In this document: piece by piece, positions 21,400 to 31,100 of the stretch | Numbering within the stretch: position 1 is the stretch's first letter | Layout: every line of letters starts with the position of its first letter | NCBI GenBank assembly: GCA_963790305.1 | Contig: CAWBOC010000006.1 | Span: forward strand, 288,001-352,000 | Direction: 5' to 3' | Length of the DNA stretch: 64,000 bases | Source: an uncultured Gemmatimonadaceae bacterium | GTDB taxonomy: Bacteria; Gemmatimonadota; Gemmatimonadetes; Gemmatimonadales; Gemmatimonadaceae | Position numbers and translations under genes: made by a program | Notes under the pieces: model-generated | What the model was told of the DNA's origin: nothing | The model's database searches: none | The model's input: the letters and a program-made list of their open reading frames with translations, nothing else

Positions 21400-22644
21400 T
21401 CAGCGCGGCAGCTCGAGCGCGACCGGTGCGCTCGCTCCCGCCGGCGTGACCAGCACGCGGTTCACCCGCGCCGGCTCGGCATCGATGATGGTGATCTCGA
21501 GTCCCGCCAGATGAAACCGCTCGCCCACGACGGGCACTCGACCCAGCGCGCGTGCGAGGACCCCGGCGAGCGGCCGATCGGGCGCCACCCCGCCCGGGAT
21601 GGGGAGGCCAAGCCGCGAAAGGACATCGCCGATTTGCGTGCTCGCTTCGGCGATCGTTGCGCGCTCCGGCTGGCCGGAGCTCGCCGGCACCGGCTCATCG
21701 TGCTCATCACGAATGTCGCCCACCAGCTCCTCGAGGAGATCCTCGAGCGTCACCAGTCCGGCCGTCCCGCCGTACTCGTCAAGCACGATGCCCAGGTGCT
21801 GCCGCTCCCGCAGCATCTCGAACAGCAGCTCGTTGCATCGCTTGGTCAATGGCGCGTGCATCACGGGCCGCAGCTCCGGGGCTTCCTCTCCACGCGTCTT
21901 GAGGACGTCGAAGACGTGCACCATACCGACGATCTCGTCGATGGCGCCACGGTACACCGGAACGCGGCTATATCCCGCCTGTGCGATGAGCCGTGCCATC
22001 TCGCGCGGATGCGTGGCCTCGTCAACGGCAAAGATGGCCGTGCGCGGGGTCATCGCCTCAGCGACGGGCTTTTCCCCGAAACGCACCACGCCAGCGATGA
22101 TCTCCGTCTCGGTATGCTCGCCGATCCCTTCGAGCTCGCCCTCGCGGAGCAGATCCTCGATTTCTTCCTCGCGTGATTCCTCCGCGACGTCTCCGCCCGC
22201 CTGGCGCGCGAAGGGGCGCGCCAGGGCGTGCGCGGCACGCACGAACGGCCACAGAACACCCGACACGGTGCGCAGCACCGGCATGAGGACAGGCAGCAGG
22301 CGCGATGCGCGGCGCCTCGCGATCGCGCGCGGAATGAGCTGTCCCACCACGAGCAGCGCCAACACGAATACGATCGCTTCGATCGCGAGTCGCCCCGGCC
22401 GAGCCTCGCTCGACAGCGCGAGCGCCACCCCCGCCAGCGCGACGACACAGGCGGTCGCCGCCGTGCCTGCCTCGAGCAGGCGCTGCTGGCGATCGAGCGC
22501 TTCCTCATCACCGCCGGCGCCGGCGAGACGCTGGTCGATCCACCGCCGCAGCCAGATGCGCCCAACGGACCGGAGCGATGTCGAGCCCGCGGTGATCGTC
22601 GCCACCGCGAGAAGTGCCAGAATGAGCGCGAGCTCGGCGATCAT
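21400..22644 (-). CDS. Hemolysin/CNNM family protein (TM domain, CBS pair, CorC domain), paralogue 2
   Basis: N-terminal TM segments, AMTPRTAI, YSRVPVY, VLDEYGGTAGLVTLEDLLEELVGDIRDEHD. Confidence 0.88.
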   Translation of the reverse strand: MIAELALILALLAVATITAGSTSLRSVGRIWLRRWIDQRLAGAGGDEEALDRQQRLLEAGTAATACVVALAGVALALSSEARPGRLAIEAIVFVLALLVVGQLIPRAIARRRASRLLPVLMPVLRTVSGVLWPFVRAAHALARPFARQAGGDVAEESREEEIEDLLREGELEGIGEHTETEIIAGVVRFGEKPVAEAMTPRTAIFAVDEATHPREMARLIAQAGYSRVPVYRGAIDEIVGMVHVFDVLKTRGEEAPELRPVMHAPLTKRCNELLFEMLRERQHLGIVLDEYGGTAGLVTLEDLLEELVGDIRDEHDEPVPASSGQPERATIAEASTQIGDVLSRLGLPIPGGVAPDRPLAGVLARALGRVPVVGERFHLAGLEITIIDAEPARVNRVLVTPAGASAPVALELPR

Positions 22645-23879
22645 CCCTCGCGCCCCGCCAGCGCCTCGAGGCGCTCGAAGTACACACGCTCAATGCGTCG
22701 CCGGGTGACGCGCTCGACCACGATCCGGAAGCCGTCGAGCGTCAGCTCCTCACCCGCTCGCGGGACCCGGCCGAGCGCCTGGAAGATGAGGCCGCCGACG
22801 GTCGCGACATCCTCGCGCTCGAATCGATGACCGAGCGCCGCCGAGAGGTCGTCGAGCGACACGCGGCCCGACACCCAGAAGCGTCGTCCCTCCTGCTCCT
22901 CGATAGGCGCTTCCTCGACGTCGTACTCGTCACGAATGTCGCCTACGATCTGCTCGAGGATGTCCTCGATGGTGACGAGCCCGGCGGTGCCACCGTACTC
23001 GTCGACGACGATGGCGATGTGCGTGCCCGTGGCGCGGAAATCACGAAGCTGCTGATCGATGATCTTCGACGCGGGGACGAATGTCGCCGGGCGAATGAGC
23101 GCCGGCCATCCCTCGTCGGGGGCGCGCTTCGTCAGCACAATGGGAAGCAGGTCCTTCGCGTAGAGGATGCCGACAATGTGGTCGATCGTCTCGTCGTACA
23201 CGGGGAGACGTGCGTGCTCGGAGCTGAGCACACGGTCCATGACCTCGGACCAGGGCGCCCCACGCTCGACCGCCATGATATCGACGCGAGGGACCATGAC
23301 TTCCTGCACCTCGGTGTCACCGAGGGAGAAGACGCCCCGGAGAATCCCGGGCTCGTCTCGCGGAAGCGGCGTGGCGCGATCCCGCTCGCGCTCGCCCAAT
23401 TGCTCCCGAGAGTCGCCCCCTTCGTCCACCTCCTCAGGCGGGAAGGCGCGGTGGAGTCGCGCCTCGGCACGCATGCCAAGCATGACGATCGGCGCAAAGA
23501 TCACCTCGGCGAGACGAACCATGGGACGGAGGGCCGCGAGCATCCGCGCGCCGGCCGCCTCACCCACCGCGCGCGGAGCGGTCTCGAGCAGCATCATCGT
23601 CGCGAACCCAATGAGCAGTCCACCCACCAGCGCGACGGGAAAGAGCGCGCGATGGATCTCGAGGGCGTAGGTGACCGCAATGGCAGCGGTGAGCTGCGCG
23701 GCGATGCGAGCGAACGAAAGGGCGCGGTGCGCACGGCTCCGCGCTCCCATGCCGGCCACCGTGGGACCCTCACCGCGCTCGCGTGGCGGCTCGAGCGCGA
23801 GCAACGCTCCATCGGCCGCGGCCCAAAGCATCCCGAACAGCGCCGCGACGATGGCGATGGTGAGCGCCTCTGGTCTCAC
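22641..23879 (-). CDS. Hemolysin/CNNM family protein (CorC/TlyC-like), paralogue 1
   Basis: VQEVMVPRVDI, HARLPVY, VVDEYGGTAGLVTIEDILEQIVGDIRDEYD, TVGGLIFQALGRVP. Confidence 0.88.
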   Translation of the reverse strand: MRPEALTIAIVAALFGMLWAAADGALLALEPPRERGEGPTVAGMGARSRAHRALSFARIAAQLTAAIAVTYALEIHRALFPVALVGGLLIGFATMMLLETAPRAVGEAAGARMLAALRPMVRLAEVIFAPIVMLGMRAEARLHRAFPPEEVDEGGDSREQLGERERDRATPLPRDEPGILRGVFSLGDTEVQEVMVPRVDIMAVERGAPWSEVMDRVLSSEHARLPVYDETIDHIVGILYAKDLLPIVLTKRAPDEGWPALIRPATFVPASKIIDQQLRDFRATGTHIAIVVDEYGGTAGLVTIEDILEQIVGDIRDEYDVEEAPIEEQEGRRFWVSGRVSLDDLSAALGHRFEREDVATVGGLIFQALGRVPRAGEELTLDGFRIVVERVTRRRIERVYFERLEALAGREG

Positions 23880-24324
23880 GCGAGCGCCTCGTCGACGACA
23901 CGCGCCAGGATGCGTTCCTGCCTCTCCCACATCGGCGAGGTCACACGAGATTCATCGTCCGCATGGTCATACCCGAGCACATGCAGGAGCCCGTGCACCA
24001 GGAGGCGTGCGAGCTCCTCGCGAACCCCTGCGCCGTGGCGGCGCGCGTTCGCGCGGGCAACATCGGGAGCGATGTAATGTCAGCGATCACCGGGCCCCGC
24101 CGCGTCGGTTCGCTGAAGGCGAACGAGATCACGTCCGTCGCGCCGCGGTGCCCGAGGTGCTTGCGATTGAGCGCGGCCATCGTACGGGTGCCGAGGAAGG
24201 TGATCGACACCATCGCCTCGCGCACACCCTCCGAGGTGAGAACGCGCCGCGCGATCTCGGTGATTCGCACACGCGAGAGGGGGAGCCGTACTCCGTCAGC
24301 TGACACGTGCACCGCTATGCTCAT
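23876..24324 (-). CDS. ybeY: rRNA maturation RNase YbeY, one frameshift near 24076
   Basis: LNRKHLGHRGATDVISF...ADI, then in the shifted frame YIAPDVA...LLVHGLLHVLGYDH (metal motif)...DEALA*. Confidence 0.9.
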
Positions 24325-26531
24325 GCCGAGGCGAACTCGGATGTCACGCCACCACTGCGCACGGGATAGTCGATTCTCGAGTGATACTTCCCTGTGAGCA
24401 CCCGGGCAAAGGCATCCTTCACCACCTCGATCTGCCGCTGCGTCAGCGGAGCGTCACGGAGCTGCCCCTGATCGATGCGCATGCGCACAATGTGATCGAT
24501 GACTTCCCGAATCTTCTCGGGGGTTGGATCCGACAGCACGCGCGCGGACGCTTCCACTCCGTCAGCCAGCATGCAGACCGCCGTCTCGGCGCTCTGTGGA
24601 ATCGGGCCGGGATACGTGAACTCCATGGTATTCGGCGCGGTGTCGCGCTCCCGCGCTTTCTCGAGGAAGTACGAGATCGAGAGGGTGCCGTGATGCTCCG
24701 GAATAAACGAGGAGATCGCGCGCGGAATGCGATGTTCGGCCGCGAGCTCGAGACCCTCGCGGATGTGCGCGCGAATGATCTGTGCGCTCGCCGCGGGCTT
24801 GAGCTTGTCGTGCGGGTTGCGTCCCTTGGGCTGATTCTCCACAAAGAATTGCGGACGACCCAGCTTGCCAATGTCGTGGAAGTAGGTGCCGACGCGACCC
24901 AGCAGACCGTTGGCGCCAATCGCGTTGCAGGCGGCTTCGACCAGATTCGCCATGCGCATCGTGTGGTCGAACGTGCCTGGCGCTTCCATCATCAGCCGGC
25001 GGAGGAGCTGGTGATTGAAGTTCGAGTACTCGAGGAGCGTCAAGTCGGTCGTGATCCCCGTGAGGCGCTCGGCGACCGGCAGCAGGAACATGGCGAGGGC
25101 CACCGAGCCGAGCGCATTGGCGCCGCCCCACATGATGCTGACGAGGATGTCCCGAGGGGGCCAGTCGAGGATCAGACCTAACGCGATGTCGGCCAGCACG
25201 AACGCGCCAAAGATCGTGAGCACGGCGTACACGATCTGCTCTCGACGCCTCAATACCTGAACGCTGATCGCCGCCGCTGCCCCACCGACCAGCCCCAGGA
25301 AGAGGGCATTCGTCCCACGGAAGACGCCTTGACCCCCGACGAGAACGGCGAGAATCATGGCCGCAATGAGGCTGATGCGCGCGTCGAACAGGATGGTCAG
25401 CATCACCGCTGCCAGGGCGATCGGGACCAGCTCGGGACGCGGCGGACGCAGGTGTCCAAAGACCAATGCCGCCACGAGGACTACCGCAAAGAGCAGCGCC
25501 AGCAGGGTGAGCGCTCGGTACGAGCGATAGAGCTGCGCCCGGAAGAGGACGATCGTTATGCCGAAGATGGTGAGAACGAGGGCATTGTAGAGCACGGAGC
25601 CAAGGACGCGGCCGACTGCGCGCTCACCGCCTGTTCGCCGTTCCATTTCCGCCTGAAGAGCGCGAAGCTTGTCGTGCTCCTCTCGCCCCACGACCTCGTG
25701 CTCGCCGACGATCTTCTCCCCTTCACGGACCTCGTACCGCCACTCACTGACGGAGGTACGCAGCTCCTGCCTGCGGCGATCCGTCGCAGCGCGGTCGAGC
25801 ACGATGGTCGGGCGGAAGAGACTGCTGAGCAGCTTGTAGTACAGGCCGTCGCCGATCGAGGAGCTGGGATCGGGATGGAGCTGTCGGGCACGGGCGATCA
25901 GGGTGGTGAACGTCGAGATGCTGTCGGCGAGAACGCTGCGCTCTTCGTCGTTACGGCGCACGATCGCCTCGCCGCGAACGTCGTCGGTGGCACCGCTCGA
26001 CGCGATTCCCTGCGCCAGCCAGCGGCGCAGCACGCGCTCGAGCGCATCCCGCATCGCAAGCCGTCGACCCCGGAATGTCAGGTACTCGGCCTCTGCCTCC
26101 GTGAGCGTAATGCCGTGCCGCGCCGCCGCCTGGAGAACGCGCGCGGCTCCGGTGCGAGGGTCGCCATCGTCGACCGCACGAGAGATGTCGCGGAAGATCG
26201 CTTCCGCCGACCGAACAGCGGAATCGAGCGCCACCGCAGAGTAGACGAAGATGGGCTTCCCCGTCGCCGCGAGCTCATCGCGTTCCTTCTGAAGCTCCGC
26301 GGGTGTCTTTCGAACGCGAAACGCGAATGGCGCAATGACATTGTCGGTGGCGACGGCACCGACCTCGAACAACGGCGACTCGACGGCGGGCAATGACGGG
26401 AAGAGCGCGTACGTCGCGATGGCGAGGGCGATGATGAGTCCGATCCGGGCAGCGTGATACAGCGCGCGGTCCCCGCGTCTCGCGGGAACCTCGGGCAATG
26501 TCATCCGCCGCCACTGATCGCGTAGCGCCAC
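24321..26531 (-). CDS. 7TM-HD (HDIG) membrane phosphohydrolase, PgpH-like
   Basis: Extracytoplasmic domain, multi-TM region, EAPGTFDH, YFHDIGK, FFVENQ, EHHGT, MLADGVEA. Lies between phoH and ybeY. Confidence 0.9.
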   Translation of the reverse strand: MALRDQWRRMTLPEVPARRGDRALYHAARIGLIIALAIATYALFPSLPAVESPLFEVGAVATDNVIAPFAFRVRKTPAELQKERDELAATGKPIFVYSAVALDSAVRSAEAIFRDISRAVDDGDPRTGAARVLQAAARHGITLTEAEAEYLTFRGRRLAMRDALERVLRRWLAQGIASSGATDDVRGEAIVRRNDEERSVLADSISTFTTLIARARQLHPDPSSSIGDGLYYKLLSSLFRPTIVLDRAATDRRRQELRTSVSEWRYEVREGEKIVGEHEVVGREEHDKLRALQAEMERRTGGERAVGRVLGSVLYNALVLTIFGITIVLFRAQLYRSYRALTLLALLFAVVLVAALVFGHLRPPRPELVPIALAAVMLTILFDARISLIAAMILAVLVGGQGVFRGTNALFLGLVGGAAAAISVQVLRRREQIVYAVLTIFGAFVLADIALGLILDWPPRDILVSIMWGGANALGSVALAMFLLPVAERLTGITTDLTLLEYSNFNHQLLRRLMMEAPGTFDHTMRMANLVEAACNAIGANGLLGRVGTYFHDIGKLGRPQFFVENQPKGRNPHDKLKPAASAQIIRAHIREGLELAAEHRIPRAISSFIPEHHGTLSISYFLEKARERDTAPNTMEFTYPGPIPQSAETAVCMLADGVEASARVLSDPTPEKIREVIDHIVRMRIDQGQLRDAPLTQRQIEVVKDAFARVLTGKYHSRIDYPVRSGGVTSEFASA

Positions 26532-26533
26532 GC

Positions 26534-27505
26534 TTACTCCGTTCCCGAGTCCTTCGCGTACGCCTTGATGATCTCACGCACCAGGCGGTGGCGAATGACG
26601 TCGGATTCGTTGAAGTAGTGAAACCCTATCCCCTCGATGCCATGAAGAATGCGCTCTACCTGCAAGAGTCCCGACTGTTCGCGCGACGGCAGGTCGATCT
26701 GCGTCTTGTCGCCCGTAATCACCGCCTTGGAATTCACCCCCAGGCGCGTAAGGAACATCTTCATCTGCGCTGATGTGGCGTTTTGCGCCTCATCCAGGAT
26801 CACAAATGCATCGGACAGCGTGCGCCCCCGCATATACGCCAACGGGGCGATCTCGATCACGCGCGTCTCCAGAGAGCGCTGCACACGCTCCGCGGGCATC
26901 ATGTCATCGAGGGCGTCGTAGAGAGGACGCAGGTACGGGTCCACTTTCGCCTGCATGTCACCCGGCAAGAACCCGAGGCTCTCCCCGGCCTCGACGGCGG
27001 GACGAGCGAGGACGATGCGCCGCACGCGTTTGCGCGTGAGCGCGTCGACCGCCATCGCGACGGCGAGATAGGTCTTGCCGGTCCCGGCGGGCCCGATGCC
27101 AATGACGATGTCGTGGTCGTTGATGAGCTGGAGATAGCGCGCCTGTCCGGGGGTCTTCGGCTGCACGATGCGCCGCACACCCGGCAGCACGATGCGCATT
27201 TCCCCGGGCGCTCCAGCGCCATCGTCCCGCGGGAGACCGGCGCCGCCGTCCTCGCTCATTCGGAGGACGTCATCGGCGCTCAGCGTGTTCTGCTGCTTGG
27301 CCTGATCGATCATGCGCTGGGCGAGCGTCGCGGCGCGCTCGACGATCTCCACCGGCCCGTTCATCGTGAGGGTGTCACCGCGCAGCGAGATCTTCGCCCC
27401 GGTGAGACGCGACAGCTCGATGAGATTGGCGTCATTGACGCCGGCGAGCGTGAGGAGATCCACTCCCTCGGTCGAGAGTCGGTGCGTGACCGTTTCGTCG
27501 CTCAA
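26534..27505 (-). CDS. phoH: PhoH family ATPase
   Basis: GPAGTGKTYLAVA, ARPAVEAGESLGFLPGD, IEIAPLAYMRGRTL, LDEAQN, RHRLV. Confidence 0.95.
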   Translation of the reverse strand: MSDETVTHRLSTEGVDLLTLAGVNDANLIELSRLTGAKISLRGDTLTMNGPVEIVERAATLAQRMIDQAKQQNTLSADDVLRMSEDGGAGLPRDDGAGAPGEMRIVLPGVRRIVQPKTPGQARYLQLINDHDIVIGIGPAGTGKTYLAVAMAVDALTRKRVRRIVLARPAVEAGESLGFLPGDMQAKVDPYLRPLYDALDDMMPAERVQRSLETRVIEIAPLAYMRGRTLSDAFVILDEAQNATSAQMKMFLTRLGVNSKAVITGDKTQIDLPSREQSGLLQVERILHGIEGIGFHYFNESDVIRHRLVREIIKAYAKDSGTE

Positions 27506-29292
27506 CCAGCTCCTCCGTCCAGGGAAATGTGCAGCTCCCGGAGGTCTTCCGGCCGCACGGCGACGGGCGCGCCCTCGAAGAGCGCGGCCGCTTTCGTCGT
27601 CTTCGGAAACGCGATCACGTCGCGCAGCGACTCCGCGCCCGCAAGCAGCATTGTGATGCGGTCGAACCCGAACGCGATCCCTCCGTGCGGGGGAGCGCCC
27701 GCGCGCAGCGCCTCGAGCAGAAAGCCGAACCGCATTTCCGCGGTTGCCTCATCGAGGCCGAGCAGTCCGAACACACGACTCTGCAACCGCGGATCACCAA
27801 TGCGGATGCTCCCGCCACCGAGCTCCGTCCCATTGAGAATCACGTCGTATGCGAGCGAGCGCACGCGCTCCGGATCCTTCTCGAGGAGATGCTCGTCGTC
27901 GGGATGCGGTGCGGTAAACGGGTGATTGACCGACTGAAGCTCCCCGCTTTTCGGGTCGCGCACGAACAAGGGAAAGTCCACCACCCACAGGAATGCGTTG
28001 GTGTTAGGCGGCACCAGCGCCATCCGTGTGGCGATCTCATGCCGCACCCGATCGAGCGCGGGACTCGAGACGTGTTCGGGCCCCGCGACGGCGAGCAGAA
28101 GCTCACCGTCTTTCACCGCGAGACGCTCGATCGCGCCGGCGGACAGAAACTTCGCTGGCCCGCCCTCGAGCGATCCCCCCTGCCCTTTGAGACGGAGCAG
28201 TCCGGCTGCCCCGAGCGTCTTCGCGGCCGCCTCGATCTCATCGACTTGCTTGCGTGACAACGCGGATCCGCCGGGAACCCGAATCCCTCGGACTCGACCC
28301 CCCTTGGCGATCGCATCGCGCGTAATCGTGAACTCGGCGCCACGAAACGCCTCGGTGAGATCCTCGATCTCGAGACCAAAGCGAAGATCGGGCTTGTCGG
28401 ATCCAAACCGCTCCATCGCGTCGGAGTACTTCATACGAGGAAAGGGGACGTCGACCTCCTGACCGCCCTCGCGCCACAGCGCCTGCACGAGACCCTCGGC
28501 GGCGTTCATGACGTCCTCCGATCCTACGAAGGCGGCCTCGACGTCGATCTGCGTGAACTCCGGCTGGCGATCGGCTCGGAGATCCTCGTCGCGAAAGCAC
28601 CGAGCGATCTGAAAGTACCGATCGAACCCGGAGATCATGAGCAGCTGCTTGTAGAGCTGCGGCGATTGGGGCAGCGCGTAGAACTCGCCCGGGTGCACTC
28701 GACTGGGAACCAGGTAGTCGCGAGCCCCTTCGGGGGTCGGTTTCGTGAGGATCGGGGTCTCGACCTCGAGGAAACCGAGCGCGTCGAAGTAGCGGCGCGT
28801 CGCCTGCATGAGGCGGTGACGCAGAATGATGTTCCGCTGCAGCTCGGGGCGGCGCAGGTCGAGGTGGCGATGGCGCAGACGCAGCTCCTCCGCGGGCAGG
28901 ATCTCACCCTTGCCCCGCGCCACCGGGATCGCCGGTGTCATCGCGGGACCGACGACACGGAGAGTCGCCGCGCGCACCTCGACGTCGCCGGTGGGGAGCT
29001 CGGGGTTCCGCATGCTCTCGGGACGAGCAACGACATCACCTTCGATGAGCACGACCGTCTCCGCCCCCAGCCCCGCGGCGGCGTCGATTATCGGCGGAGC
29101 GGCCGAGCGGGGGTCGAAGGAGATTTGGACCAGCCCTGCGCGGTCTCGAAGATCAATGAAGACGATTCCGCCGAGCGCGCGGCGGCGGTGCACCCATCCT
29201 CCAAGACGCACGCGTGTGCCCGCGTGCTCCGACCGCAGCGAGCCGGCCAGATGCGTCCGGTGCCGCACGGCGTAGGGGTGTTCCGCCCTCAT
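27502..29292 (-). CDS. aspS: Aspartate--tRNA ligase
   Basis: GWVHRRR, TPEGARDYLVPSR, ALPQSPQLYKQLLM, CFRDEDLRADRQPEFTQID, GAPPHGGIAFGFDR. Confidence 0.97.
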   Translation of the reverse strand: MRAEHPYAVRHRTHLAGSLRSEHAGTRVRLGGWVHRRRALGGIVFIDLRDRAGLVQISFDPRSAAPPIIDAAAGLGAETVVLIEGDVVARPESMRNPELPTGDVEVRAATLRVVGPAMTPAIPVARGKGEILPAEELRLRHRHLDLRRPELQRNIILRHRLMQATRRYFDALGFLEVETPILTKPTPEGARDYLVPSRVHPGEFYALPQSPQLYKQLLMISGFDRYFQIARCFRDEDLRADRQPEFTQIDVEAAFVGSEDVMNAAEGLVQALWREGGQEVDVPFPRMKYSDAMERFGSDKPDLRFGLEIEDLTEAFRGAEFTITRDAIAKGGRVRGIRVPGGSALSRKQVDEIEAAAKTLGAAGLLRLKGQGGSLEGGPAKFLSAGAIERLAVKDGELLLAVAGPEHVSSPALDRVRHEIATRMALVPPNTNAFLWVVDFPLFVRDPKSGELQSVNHPFTAPHPDDEHLLEKDPERVRSLAYDVILNGTELGGGSIRIGDPRLQSRVFGLLGLDEATAEMRFGFLLEALRAGAPPHGGIAFGFDRITMLLAGAESLRDVIAFPKTTKAAALFEGAPVAVRPEDLRELHISLDGGAG

Positions 29293-29642
29293 TGCGCGGG
29301 CTCCACGCGGCGCACTCGTAAGGCGAGGAGCATGCCTGCCGAAGCGCCGAGCACGTCAGCGATCCAGTCGGCCGCTCCGGGATCCCGCGCGAAGAACCGC
29401 TGGTGCCACTCGTCCACGGCTGCGAAAATGGCGATCGCCAGCACGACCAGTGCGAGCGTCCTTGCCGTGCGAGTGCGAACGGCTCGAGTCACGAGCCAAC
29501 CGAGGCCTGCGTAGAGCACGAAGTGCACGACTTTGTCCAAATGCGGGATACCGCCCGGGGCCTCGGGCGGCGAAGGGATCGACGTCAACACGAGGATAAG
29601 AGCCGCCCACAGCGCGGGCGGCAGCCATCGTCCCGCGCTCAC
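29289..29642 (-). CDS. VanZ family membrane protein
   Basis: DKVVHFVLYAGLG, DEWHQRF, DWIADVLG. Confidence 0.85.
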   Translation of the reverse strand: MSAGRWLPPALWAALILVLTSIPSPPEAPGGIPHLDKVVHFVLYAGLGWLVTRAVRTRTARTLALVVLAIAIFAAVDEWHQRFFARDPGAADWIADVLGASAGMLLALRVRRVEPAQ

Positions 29643-30097
29643 GCGGCCTCCGACCGCCGGATGACGTCGAGGAAGGCCTCAGCCGTGGGCGCGGCAAGCA
29701 GGTCGGTACGAAGCCGATCTCGTCGAAGGAGTCGCGAGATGCGGCTCAGAGCTTTGACGTGAGCGCCGGATGCGCTTTCGGGACCGACCAATAGGAAAAA
29801 AAGGTGAACGGGCTGGCCGTCGAGTGCGTCGAAGTCGATCGCGTCTCGCGCAACGCCCGCCGCGAGCATGAGCTGCTCGACGTGCGGCGTCTTCCCGTGT
29901 GGTATTGCCACGCCTCCACCGATGCCCGTGCTCAGCACCTGCTCCCGCTCGCGCACTGCTGCGAGCATCGATTCCACCGAGTCAGCGTTACGACGCGTCG
30001 CCGCGAGCTCGACCAGCTCGCGGAGCACGTCGTTCTTCGTTCCGCTGCCGAGTGGGACCCTGACCCGGTCCACGGTGAGCAGCTCAGTCAGCAGCAC
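29639..30097 (-). CDS. PTS IIA (Ntr/fructose-type) domain protein
   Basis: EREQVLSTGIGGGVAIPHGK (phospho-His), DFDALDGQPVHLFFLL, HVKALSRISRLL. GTG start at 30097. Confidence 0.9.
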   Translation of the reverse strand: MLLTELLTVDRVRVPLGSGTKNDVLRELVELAATRRNADSVESMLAAVREREQVLSTGIGGGVAIPHGKTPHVEQLMLAAGVARDAIDFDALDGQPVHLFFLLVGPESASGAHVKALSRISRLLRRDRLRTDLLAAPTAEAFLDVIRRSEAA

Positions 30098-30166
30098 GGA
30101 CGCTCCACGAACCTGGACTGAAAGAAGTGAATCTACACCCCCCGCGGGCGAGCGGGAAGCGTTTTC

Positions 30167-30195
30167 TTGACGTTGGGGCGCCTCGCGGGTATTGT
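30167..30195 (+). promoter_or_regulatory. Sigma-70-type promoter, probably giving a leaderless mRNA
   Basis: TTGACG-N17-TATTGT with the ATG only 8 nt downstream and no RBS. Confidence 0.55.
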
Positions 30196-30203
30196 CGAAG
30201 TGC

Positions 30204-31100
30204 ATGCGCCACTTGGTTTTCGCGCTCGCGATCGCGGCGCTCGTCCCCGCGGTCGCGGCCGCGCAGCGCGTGCCTGGACGGGACCTCGTGCAGTTCCCGC
30301 TGGCGGCGCTCGATCGCCCGGCAGCCCTGCCGACCGACCTCGCCGACGGGCTAGGGAACGCGGCGACGCTCGTCGCGCTGAACGGGGCGAAGCTCCGTGT
30401 CGGGGCCGCCGCGCTCCAGACGCCTGAGACCCAGGGGGTGAGCGCGCAGCTGCTGTCGGCCGCGCATTCGCTCTCGGAGCGCATCGTCGTCGGCCTCTCC
30501 GCCGCTCGGTGGAGTGTCGATGACATCGCGTCGACGACCACGAGTCCGGACGTCTCCGACGGGGACGTAGGCTACAGCACAGCGATGCTTTCGATGTCGG
30601 CAGCGCGACGGAACACGCGAAACGTTTCGGTAGGATTGTCACTTCGCGCGCGAACAGGGTCGATCGGTGGCACACGCCGCACGGCGGTGGCGGTGGACGG
30701 TGGCGTGCTTCTCGACAGCTTGTGGCGGGACGCGCGCGTCGGCGTTGCCTCTTTTCTATGGCGGCCGGCGCAGACGGGAGATGAGCGCACCACGCTCCAC
30801 GTGGCCGGCGACTTGCGCGTCTGGGGGACGTCGGCCGTGCGTGAAGCGCGGGCCGGGGTGTCGGCGGACTTTACCGAGCCTGACGAGCGCCTCGAGTTCC
30901 TGTACGCGTCGGGGCGGTATGGCCCGCTCGCGGTACGCCTGGGACTGGCGCGCACTGTTCAGTGGGAGACCGGACCGTGGCGCGCCCGCCTGGGTGTGGG
31001 GTTTCATTACGACAAGTACGTCGTCGCCGTGGCACGCGAAGAAGGCGCCAACGGCCTCGGCGCCATCTATCAATTCACGATGAACGCGACCTATCCGTGA
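30204..31100 (+). CDS. Secreted protein, probable outer-membrane beta-barrel
   Basis: Signal peptide MRHLVFALAIAALVPAVAAA-Q, alternating amphipathic strands and a C-terminal YQFTMNATYP. Confidence 0.65.
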   Translation: MRHLVFALAIAALVPAVAAAQRVPGRDLVQFPLAALDRPAALPTDLADGLGNAATLVALNGAKLRVGAAALQTPETQGVSAQLLSAAHSLSERIVVGLSAARWSVDDIASTTTSPDVSDGDVGYSTAMLSMSAARRNTRNVSVGLSLRARTGSIGGTRRTAVAVDGGVLLDSLWRDARVGVASFLWRPAQTGDERTTLHVAGDLRVWGTSAVREARAGVSADFTEPDERLEFLYASGRYGPLAVRLGLARTVQWETGPWRARLGVGFHYDKYVVAVAREEGANGLGAIYQFTMNATYP

